Assembly (NCBI GenBank): GCA_963693365.1
Contig: CAVNZM010000015.1
Span: 4,471,502 to 4,535,501, forward strand
Direction: 5' to 3'
From: Amoebidium appalachense
Taxonomy: Eukaryota > Protista > Ichthyosporea
Length of the DNA stretch: 64,000 nucleotides
The notes under the pieces: model-generated
What the model saw: only the letters and a program-made list of their open reading frames with translations
What the model was told of the DNA's origin: nothing
Database searches by the model: none
Translations under genes and position numbers: made by a program
In this document: piece after piece, positions 13,814 through 26,200 of the stretch
Numbering within the stretch: the stretch's first letter is position 1
Layout of the letters: each line of letters begins with the position of its first letter

Positions 13814-14814
13814 TGAGAGTAAGGAGAGAGGGGGGGGGGGGGGGGGGAGGGGGAGGAGAGGGAGAGGGAGAGATGGGCTAAGAGAGGGGGGGGGGGGAGA
13901 GAGAGAGAGAGAGAGGGGGGGGGGGGGGGGGGGGGAGAGAGAGAGAGGAGGGAGAGGGGAGGGAGGGAGGGAGAGAGAGACAGAGGGGGAGGAAGAGGGG
14001 GGAGGGAGAGAGAGGGGGGAGGGAGGAAGGAAGGGAGGGGGGGAGAGAGAGGGAGGGAGGGAGGGAGGGAGGGAGGGAGGAATCCGGAGGGAAGGAAGGA
14101 GGGAGCCCGGGGAGGGAGGGGGGGGGGGAGGGAGGGAGGGAGAGAGAGAGAGAGGAGGGGGGGGGGGGGGAGAGGGAGAGAGGGAAAGAGGGGGGGGGGG
14201 GGGGGGAGGGAGAGAGGGAGAGAGAAAGAGAGAGTGAAGATGAGAGAGGCTCGAGAGACGTGACTGCCACATCATGCCATATTGTCATGCGGATGTGGCC
14301 GCGTCGCCGCGTTTAAGGCAGGGCGGCCAGGGATGGTCTGGCAGGCTATCTCGCCAGGAATGCACACATCTTTGTGCATCCGCATTGGAATGATTGGAAT
14401 CATTAGATCAAGATCTTTAGCCAATGAAAAAACATTCTCGCACCGCACAATTTCACAACTTGAAATTGTGCGACGAGACGCATAGTCCATGGTTCATGTG
14501 GATGAATGGTTCATGTTGGGATAATGGCAGGTCAAACTTGAAACAAACAATAAAACACTAAACCAACAATGAAATATATTCATAGGTTGATAATTCTGTT
14601 TAAGGCTTCTGATTCCGAGTATATACGTAATCATAAATGGACAGTAACTGTATTAATAAGATTAAATTTTACATGCAATATGTCATCATCTGCTCAAATA
14701 TGCATGTGGTGCACCCTAATGATCACTAACGTACGCACAGGGAAAAAATTTTAAAGAACAAAAAAACGGATGGAGGAAGAAAAAATGGAATGACAGTCTG
14801 TTCATAAACTTCAA
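13540..14814 (+). repeat. Direct repeat copy 1 (~1.25 kb)
   Basis: Matches 15411-16655 from ggaacaaccacg to gttcataaacttcaa, including the internal GA/G mosaic. Confidence 0.9.
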
Positions 14815-15410
14815 TGTTGCATCTGTATGCCGAAAACAAACTGAACAGTATTGATAATTATCCCCGGCCACCGCCCCCTCCCATTAATAATATACTTCAT
14901 CCAGTCTTCAGTTTTCTGCTCTTTGGGCAGGTCATGATTGCAACGGACCTGAGACCGGTGAACGTGGAACGGTATTTTCTTTACAGGCATGTGCACAGCA
15001 TGTGACACTCATGAATGTATAATTCTATCATTACTAAAGCTTAAGTTTATTATGGGGGAAGGCGCCATCTTTGCCACCAAAATGCTGCATCAACTGCACC
15101 CCGATCCCGTGCAGGAATTATCTACGCACCGTGTGTCCTACACGTGACACTGTGCCACGGGATATAAGTTTACCTGACAGGTGTGCTCGCTCGGGCCGTC
15201 GGCACCGGATCATTTACTAAAACAATTATATTATTATATTGTTATCATTATGCATATGCATGTAGGCCTACACGTGACCTCGTGATCACCCTCCTTGGCA
15301 TTGCAAGACCGTCGGGACACGGACGCCACATTTTCGATGCACCTGGTGATGGTGCACCAACAATTGTTGCAACCTCTCGAATTCGCAGTATGCGTGTAAA
15401 CTCTGCAAGA

Positions 15411-16655
<1,245 letters not shown>

Positions 16656-17041
16656 AGTTAAGGGGACTCTATATCTGCAGGTAATAATGAAATTCTTAGA
16701 GCAGCCTGCGACTCCTATACCGGGCCACCCGTGAAGAGTCTAGACCGCGTGGCACGAACACATCCGAGTACTCGCGATGGTGACGCCACTGTCGGACACT
16801 GGACCACGGGGTTTGAAGTTAGTTTTTTGGCTATGCCATTTTAGCAACTTTTCCCTGCCTGGCCCGCCTGAAATAGAGCAATCAAACGTTTGCATGGGTA
16901 ATTTTATTGTATTTTTGGGTGTACTAGGGCCATTGGTTATAAAAACCGCCTACCGGTGATTTCACGGTCCAGGACGGTCCCTGCCAGAGTTAGCGCCATA
17001 TTTAGCCACCAATCAAAGACCACATACGCAGATCACCAAAC

Positions 17042-17048
17042 TATAAAA
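17042..17048 (+). promoter_or_regulatory. Candidate TATA box of the Cys-rich gene
   Basis: TATAAAA about 88 bp upstream of an ATG in an A-rich context (caaaATG). Confidence 0.55.
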
Positions 17049-17129
17049 TGCCGATTTTGCAAATTTTTTCTCACTCACCCTCAAATTCACTACTCACTCA
17101 CCTCGACAACATCTCGTCAAACCTACAAA

Positions 17130-17879
17130 ATGCGTTTCACCGTAGCTATTCTTTTGACCGTTGCAGCCGCGGCTACTAGGGCCGCCAGCTACGGCCCGGC
17201 GCCTTCCACATGCTGTCCCAACGGGGGCGGAAAGGACCTTTGCACAGGCCGCACGGGCAACAAATTCAACGGCACATGCTGCTCTGACGGCTCGTGGGAG
17301 TGTATTGTTCAGGGTGCTGCCAAAGGCCCATGCGAGCTCAAGGGTGTGACTGGCGGTCAGGAGTGCCCAGCCCCGGCCCCCAAGTGCTGTCCCCATGGTG
17401 GTGGAATTGGCTTCTGCACGGGCCGCACGGGGAACAAATTCAACGGCACGTGCTGTTCCGACGGAAATTGGAAGTGCATTATTCAGGGTGCGGCAAAGGG
17501 TCCCTGCGAGCTGGAGGGTTTGACAGGCTCGACTGAATGCCCCGCCCCTCTGCCCACCGGAAAGTGCTGCAAGCCCCGCGCCACACAAAAGATGTGCACA
17601 GTTGGTGGTTATGGGTCCGCAAAGGTGCCTGCTCCCTGCTGCGCCGACGGAAAGTTCCGTTGCAGTGGTTGCGCTGATTACAATGGTGTGAGCAATACGT
17701 GCAAGTGCTGCCCTGTTGCTGATAAGCCTGCGTCCTGCCCGACAATTGGGTACGGTAGCCAGCAGGGCAATATTTTCTGCTGTAATGATGGAAAGTGGCG
17801 GTGTGGTGCTACCTCGAAGGTGTGCAAGCCGTATCAGGGTAAGGGGAAGAAGTGCCCTTCGACCCCTGTCGTGTACTAG
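17130..17879 (+). CDS. Secreted cysteine-rich repeat protein, 249 aa, four 8-Cys modules
   Basis: Signal-peptide-like N-terminus MRFTVAILLTVAAAATRA. Two near-identical modules (CCP.GGG...CTGRTGNKFNGTCCSDG.W.CI.QGAAKGPCEL.G.TG..ECP) plus two diverged CC..C..CC.DGK.RC modules. Intronless. Confidence 0.9.
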   Translation: MRFTVAILLTVAAAATRAASYGPAPSTCCPNGGGKDLCTGRTGNKFNGTCCSDGSWECIVQGAAKGPCELKGVTGGQECPAPAPKCCPHGGGIGFCTGRTGNKFNGTCCSDGNWKCIIQGAAKGPCELEGLTGSTECPAPLPTGKCCKPRATQKMCTVGGYGSAKVPAPCCADGKFRCSGCADYNGVSNTCKCCPVADKPASCPTIGYGSQQGNIFCCNDGKWRCGATSKVCKPYQGKGKKCPSTPVVY

Positions 17880-18052
17880 AATGGTGATGAGAGTGCGGAT
17901 TTGAACATGTACATAATGGATGCGATTGGCGATGTTAGTATGATTTTGGTTCAAGTAACAGTTTATTATCATAATGTGCATAGGGCTATACTTTACACTT
18001 AAGCATCTCTGGTGTAGGTATACATGTTTCAGGTTCGATAGCAGTCTCTGAC

Positions 18053-18163
18053 TTTCTTTTTTTTTTTTTATATCCCGTTTTGTTCCCGGAGGTACCCCTA
18101 GGGGCCCTAAGGGGGAACTACCGTCTTCCACCCAGCACCGACAGTACTCTAGCTAGGGTGCTA
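18053..18163 (-). mobile_element. 5'-truncated LINE 3'-end insertion with TSD
   Basis: Homologous to 25525-25640, with a poly(A) tail. Flanked by cgatagcagtct(c/t)tgac at 18036-18052 and 18164-18180. Confidence 0.9.
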
Positions 18164-18356
18164 CGATAGCAGTCTTTGACAGCGAACAGCTATTATATTG
18201 AGCAATTGTGAGGATCAGTCACATTATCAATTGAAAGTCAAAACGGAAAAAATTCTAATGGAAATCCACGAAACTTTGATAACGGCTGCCAGTTCGGCCA
18301 CAGTATTAAGAGTCACCTGCCATAATTGTGTGCCCAGCAAATACGACGAGCCCCCC

Positions 18357-18390
<34 letters not shown>

Positions 18391-18445
18391 TTCCGCACCT
18401 TTATTGACTTTGAGGCCCTGCTGCCATACATAGGCACGCACGCGT

Positions 18446-18519
<74 letters not shown>

Positions 18520-18531
18520 AATTGGCAAACA

Positions 18532-18705
18532 TTTTTTCAATTTACCACGTTTTTTTCCCGGAGAACCCTTGCAGGCCTTCTAGGGAACTACCGTCTACAC
18601 CACAGCACCGACAGTACACTAGTTAGGTTGCTATCATATGTGCTCAGTAAAGCTAAAACATCATTCACAAACCTAACACTAACTATTAGCACACTATTCG
18701 AATCT
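18532..18705 (-). mobile_element. Diverged 5'-truncated LINE 3'-end insertion
   Basis: Homologous to the LINE 3' UTR (ctagggaactaccgtcta.cacagcaccgacagtacactagtt). Flanked by ttggcaaaca at 18522-18531 and 18706-18715. Confidence 0.8.
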
Positions 18706-18708
18706 TTG

Positions 18709-18752
<44 letters not shown>

Positions 18753-19844
18753 ACCTGCAAACACACACTGGAGCACATACGCACACCATTGCTCTACTCC
18801 CATCTCGTTTCCCTCCTTGATCTCCCAGCTGATCATGATGCATTTCCCTCCCCTTTTCCCGGGGGGGGGGGGGGGAGGGGGGGGGGGGGGGGCACGTCTG
18901 TGCACGACATTTTAAATTTATATATGTCTATATGTATATCTAGATCAGCAAGTTGACGTACTACACTGCAGCATATTCGTTGCAATTGCTAAAATTAGAA
19001 TCATATCTCTGCCAGGGGATCAGGCACAGGAGCATGCCTTGGCCCAAGTGAAGGGATATCCAAAAGTTCACCTTTGAAAGAAAAAAAATCGTTACATTGA
19101 CGATAACGTGCTTGGGTGCAAAAAGGGTTCGATTGTCGATAAAGTATTCTGTCCACTTTTTCCAACTAGAAGGCGGCTGGGGGGTGGGGAGGCAAGAGGA
19201 GGGTGTACAGAGGGGGATGGTGGGGGGAGGGGGGAGGGGGGGAGGGGGGGGGAGACGCGGAGGGAGAGGGGGGGGGGGGGGGGGGGGGGGGGAGTCACCA
19301 AACCCTTGAACCCACCCTGACCCCATCTTCCTCAACGACCACCATATGGTAAATTGCGTTAATCGCCACTCACCAAAATGAAACGTTGCTATGGTTATTT
19401 TGTGTTTTTTCTTTTTTGTTTTCTTCTCTCTTAATCATAAGCTATTTGCTAAATATTGGCGAGTTCACATTGTTCTCTCTCTGCGGCTCAAAAAAACAAC
19501 AAAAAAAAAAAACAGGTATAGGGAACTGCACATAGAAATGTGAACACAATGGCTATGCCTCTGCCAGCCGCAATCCTCATGCATGATTTGCAAGGAGAAG
19601 ACAAACTTTCAAATATCCGGAACAAGAGATTTCCAAACATTTTAAACCGAAAGAAAAAAATGGAAATGGCGAAAGGGGGAAAAAACGGAAAACAGAAAGT
19701 AACATTTTGTGTGGACATGCGGGCGCATACACACATACAACACACACAACACACACACACACACACACACAAACGTGACATTGGCTCATTAACCATGTGA
19801 CACGCCGAACGTGCGGGCCCGCGCGTGTGCACACACGCAACACA

Positions 19845-19992
<148 letters not shown>

Positions 19993-20518
19993 CCTCCCTC
20001 ACACGGTGTGCGCTTTCTTTTTTCTCGCACACACGCACCTACACACACATGTACCACAAACACACCAGCACACACTCATACTGAAACACTTGCACGCACG
20101 GACATGCAGATAGTGGATTTACGCACGCAAATACAAACAGGCACACTCTGATTCAAAAATGCCACATCACACAAACATTAAAGCACTAAACAGCCGGTGA
20201 AGGAAGGAAATTTGGGTACACAAAATTGCCGGAGCAGGCACACACCAACACGTCACCAACATTCACACACACACGACGTCACGCAAACACACAGGCTGTA
20301 ATCGTTACACACGTAACCCACATGTGTGCACACAGGCAAACACACACACGCACGCACACACACACACAGTGTCACACACACACACACACCGACACGCTCA
20401 CTGTGGAAGTTAAACTAAAACCTTTTGGTGGGATACAATAATGAGCGCACACACACAGTGTGACACACATTTTCTCTGTGTCCGTTTCGGTTTCGGAAGC
20501 TTGATTTGATTGGGGTGT

Positions 20519-20579
<61 letters not shown>

Positions 20580-21245
20580 GGGAGGGGAAGGGAGGATGGT
20601 GCCCCCCCCCCCCCAAAAAAAAAAAAAAATCACCCCAACCCCCAACCCCTCCGACTAGCGGTAGGGGGAGAGGAGGGGAGGGGGGGGGTAGCAGTAGCAA
20701 CTTTTAGATTACCTGCCACCCCCCCCCCCCCCCCCCCCCCTTTGATCCTTCCTCCCTCCCCCCACTACCTCCCCCCCTCCCCCCCCCCCCCCCCAAAAAA
20801 AAAAAAAAGAAAAAAAGAAAAAAAACGAGTGGGTCTTTCATGATGCATCCCCCCCCCCCTCCCCCTCCTCCCCCTGGCAAAAAAAAAAAAAGAGGGGGGG
20901 GGGGGGGGGGGGGACCCACCACCCCTCTGAGCTGTCATAACCTTCATATAGCGGCACAATCCCAAAACGAAAAAAATAAAGTTGCGAGTCGTTTACCGCC
21001 CTGAAAATGTAAAGCTATACATTATGCCCGCGAACCCCCCCCCCCCCCCCCCCCCCCCCCAACCACCAACTCCTGTCCCCCACAACCACGGTGGCCCCCT
21101 CCCTCCCCTCCCATCCCCCCTCCCTCCCTTCCCTCCCCCTCTTCCTCCGGGGGGTCCCTTGCCTCCCCATGCCCCCTCGAGTCTCTCTGAGTGTAAATGT
21201 AAATGGACTCAATACTTGGCAATGTTTCTCACTAGTTCTATCTAT

Positions 21246-21276
<31 letters not shown>

Positions 21277-21750
21277 TCCCCCCCCCCCCACCACCCCCCC
21301 TTCCCCCGGGCCCCCCTCCCTCCTTCCCCCCCCCCCCCCCCCCCCCCCCCCTCCCCCCCCCCCCCCCCCCATTCCCCCAGGCCCTTATTTTTCCCCCCCC
21401 CCCCCCCTTCCCCCCCCCCCCCCCCTTCCCCCCCCCCCCCCCCTCCCCTCGCCCCGTCAAGCAATCACCCCACCTAGCATCTAGCCTAGCCTCCAGTTTC
21501 CCGCACGAACTCGCTCAACCCAATTCCTTCCCAATGCAAGTGGATGATACTGGCGTTTTGCATGTTTCCCACTGCAGGAGAAATATTGTTGACCAAAAGC
21601 ACCACAGTGGCTACCTGAACACCACGCTGACAGTAGCACGCTGGCAGTAAGAACACGGCCACTAGTAGTACATACAGTACACATCGTTGAAGACACACCA
21701 CGTGCGCGCACACCCTCAGACACCCACGCGTACACATAAACACATGCTCG

Positions 21751-21810
<60 letters not shown>

Positions 21811-22252
21811 CGCGCACACACACACATGCACATACGCAAAAAAAAAGGGGGGGGGGGGAAAGAAAGAAAGAAAGAAAGAAAAGGAAAGAAAAAAAAATAG
21901 CAAATGATCGGGAAAAAAAATTATCCCCTATCAAACCTCTTGAATGTGTACAAACACGTGTGGCCGGCGGGGGCAGGGGGGGGGTTCTATTTAGTGGTAT
22001 TTAGTTCCCCTTTAATCTCCTTCAGTTTTGCACAAAAACAAACCCGAAGGCCTTGGAAACGGGAAAGGGTGTACCGTAGTGGTCTATAATATTTTAAAAA
22101 TGGAGAAACTTTGGGGGGGGAGAGGGGAGGGGGAAGGGGTGTCTGTTTATTTTTTGTTTATTATGTTTATTTTTTTGTTTTGTGTGTGCGCGCACGCGCC
22201 GGAGTGCGCCACGACATGTGTGAACCCCGAGTGTTTTTTTTTTTTTTTTTTT

Positions 22253-22297
<45 letters not shown>

Positions 22298-22331
22298 TGT
22301 GGATAGTTGGTGGTGGTGGTGGTGGTCGGGA

Positions 22332-22367
<36 letters not shown>

Positions 22368-23279
22368 AATGCCAGAGGAGCATGCTTTGCGGCCGTAGGT
22401 GAGACCGTCAGTTTTAGGTTTCCATGTGGCCGCAGAGTATTTTAGTCTTAACTGTTTAAAAAATTATAAAACAACCGACATCGCGAAACTCTGTTTTGTT
22501 TTCTATTCTGATTGAAATCCCGGTCAATGTTATAAACGACACAGTCTGATGGTAAATATTTGTGCAGCCTAGTAAATATATCTATCATACGTTATAATAT
22601 TATTTTCTCGTGGCCCCTTGTTTGCCTTACCCTCTATACTGTGATGACAGAAAATCCACGGAAGCGACTTTGTACTAAGAGTCATTATCTATCCCACACT
22701 CATCGATACAATCTTCGAAACGTTTTACATACAAGTACGTACACGGTGGTACGGCCCGGGGTGTCACAGACTCACCCGATTCAGTTACATGTACAACACA
22801 ACTTTTCGCACATGTATTTACATGTAACAGCAGTTTTAACTCAATAATGTACTTACAAAACTGTCCCGGTGTTTACAAAAAAAAAAAAAAATACACAGTA
22901 GTTCAACACAACTTGACACGATCACTTTTGCACTTTCGTAGTTACACACAAGTCCACTGAACCTGCGGCGAAGAAGGGAGGCTTTCCGTGTATATTTTTT
23001 AAACCCAATTAGGCCAGACTATTCCAGATATTGAACTTATGATGTGCAGGCGCAGGGCACGCGGGGAGGGGAGGGGGGCGGGGTGGGGAAGCTCGAATTA
23101 TCCATAAATATTGCTGTACCATGAATCAAAATTAAAGCACTGCTTGAAATTAAGTAAATACAATGTAGAACTTTTCAAAAATAATTTAAATAAAATAAAA
23201 AATCTAAAAATCCAGAAACATCCTAAAAAAAAAACACACACACACACAACGATCCGCCTAATCATGTAGTCAAATTTCT

Positions 23280-26200
23280 TTACCACACCCTTGCCTGTTT
23301 GGTATACACCGTTTGGGCCTGGCCATTGAACCAACCCCTCTGACTTTCTGCCAATGGGATTGCCTGAGAGATCTCCACATTACTAATATCCATTGGTTGG
23401 CTCTGTGGGGTATTCTGATTGGTACTGCTCCGGAGCCTCTGTCCAATCACCTCCGTGTATTCATTTTGCGATGGTTGCACGTGTGTTTTGTTTCCCCACG
23501 CCCCACCTGTGGCCGTCGCCGATGAAACGTTAACAACGGGAGAAGACGATGAATACGTCACGGGCTGGCCGCCGCTATTGTACGTACCCGCCGTGGTGCC
23601 GTATTCTTGTTGTTTCCCCGCGTATTCCATACGTTGCCCGTGCGAGTTCGCTTGAGTGATTGGTGGCATAACCGCAAAGTTTCCTTGACCTTGAATACGT
23701 GAATATTGCAAGGATGTTGTTGGTGCACTAGTAGTGCGTTGAACCGAATTGCTCGTCGTGGTGGTGTTGAAAGATTGGCCGTGGTGAGGAGTTTCTACGG
23801 TCAAGAGTGATGGGACCGAATGCCGCTTCTGGTAAACTTTATGTTGGTTGGCAAATATTTCTCCTATTCCATCGCTGGCGGTTGATTGGTGTCGACGTGG
23901 GAGCTCCTCGGGAACGGTGTTCAGTGACTGGTCGGTATATTGGGATTGGAATGCAGGTATTTGTCGCTGGTTTTCATGCCCGCTGGCATCGGCGACGGTT
24001 GCGTTGGGTGTGAAAAAGAGCGGGAGGTGAGACATGAGGTAGAGCTGGTTGGTGGCTTCCATTTCAGCAACACGTTTCTTCAATTCGACAAGGTCTTGCT
24101 TCATTGATCTGTTTGACCAATTGAAGTTGTTAGCACTGGTTAAAAAAATATGAGGTATGTAGGAATCATACATTTTAAGTTCTCATAGTGTATGTGGATT
24201 CTTTTCGAAACTAATCATTATACTAATACTATAAATAGAATAAGAGCTGCAGGGTCATGCCACGATACATTCTAAACGACGCTTAAAGTGATGTCCTCAT
24301 CCCGGCCCCCCCCCCCCCCCCCCAAAAAAAAAAAAAAAAAAAAAAAAGGAAAAGGGAAAGAAAGAAAGAAAAGAAAAAAAAAAAAAAGAAAGCCTTCGAG
24401 ATAGATTATGAAAAAAGAAAGAAAGAAAGGAAAGAAAGGAAACGAAAAGAAGGAAAAGGAAAATCCAACACTCACTTGTTCATTAGCGTAAGCCGCTGGT
24501 TTTCACTCTTCAGCCAAGTCCTCTCCGCCTCTTCACTCCCACGTCTTGCCTTGACCCGCTGGCGGTACCCACGCTGCTTCCGTGCACGCCTGAAAAATCC
24601 GATTAGTAACTGTGAAAAGCAAATTGATTTTACTTGATGGGCACAATTGATTTTACAGTGCCCGTCCGCGCGTAACATACTCCGCCACTAACATCCTGTC
24701 GACGCCGATTTTCAAAAATCTTAACATAATGACCTCGGTCATTTTCCGGAATTATTTTTAAAAAAAATATTTTTTTTTTTTAAGAATAGGGGTGCTACAC
24801 ATAGTAGACGAGTAGTCGGGTTATCGAGTCTATTGAAACCCCCTAAAGTCAGTATTTCGATCTCTTCCCCAGACAATACAGTGGAATGCAAAGTCAATAA
24901 AATCCAACAAATGCGCGTCCGGCATGCCCACATATGATCACGGCATGCGGCGTCGCAAAACTAACAACACAGGCCTATAGCCCAGTCCGAGTCTGTTTTA
25001 CTGCTTCTATTCCCCCCCCCCCTTATAATTAGTGGTATACATAGGGAGGTTTAATGCACACCAAACACTTCGAACATTACCAAGCCAGTAGTCCAGGTGC
25101 AGGTGCAGGCAGCTGCACTTGGGGCGTTGACTCGCACTACACACAGTCAATGCGGCCACAGAAAAGTTCCAGGAAACCACGCAAGCTGCCCAAGCAATCA
25201 TCTCTCAGGGTTTTGTAGAAGCAAATAACACCATCAGCAACACAACCACCCGTGCGGTTGCACAAGCCGAAACGGCAAAAGCACAGCTGCGTTCGCATAT
25301 AGAGGGTTTAGAAACCCGCAGAGCCCCAGGCCCACACGAGCAGAGTTGCTTAAAAAGGCTGCCAGCAAGCCTGGGCAGAAAACCATGTTTGAATACGGGG
25401 CAAAAATGAATTTTTCTTTCGAACTGAACGGCCGAACGGCCGCCAGAAGACAATGAGTGCGGGCACCGCGGAAGAAGCCGAAAAAATCGGCGAACTGCTA
25501 GCTGCAGATGACTCGGAGGTTACGTTTTTTTTATTTTTTTTATTTTATCACGTTTTGTTCCCGGAGGCCTTTTCAGGCCCTCTAGGGAAACTACCGTCTA
25601 CCACACAGCACCGACAGTACACTAGTTAAGGTGCTATCTATGAGTTCAGCTAAGCTAAACCATCCTTCACAACCTAACTATAAGTACACACTTTGCCCAG
25701 GGCTACTACCCCAGCCACGCCGGCAGGAGGCTCCAGTCCTCCCCTCCATTCAAAAACCTAGCAATAAACGTTAACCGAGGGCTCTCATTGGTCGATCTAC
25801 AGTATTGGGAAGTCCTAGGTGTTGTGTATAATATTTACGGTGGGTATGGGTGGATGATGGGGTGTGGTGGTGGTGGTGGTGGGGGGTTGCTGCCTAACAT
25901 TATGTGTTGGTGTACGTATGTTGTGGCGATGTTTTTGTGGACTAAAAGGTGGGTTTTACAGGGCACACCGGGTCTGTGGGTGTTCCGGCATTCAGAACAG
26001 GCCGGCCGGGTGTGTGTGGGGGGTGTATTTGTTGGTTTTTTGGGTTTTTGGAGAGCCATACTTTTCTTTCTACGGGTGGTGGGTATATGGTGGTGTTTTT
26101 GCATTTTAGGGTGGGTGGGGGGGAGTGTTGTGTTCCGTGGGTGCCAAATTTTTGCAAAGAAAAAGGATTGCAACTCTACTGTGATTTTTCCTAAGATGGC

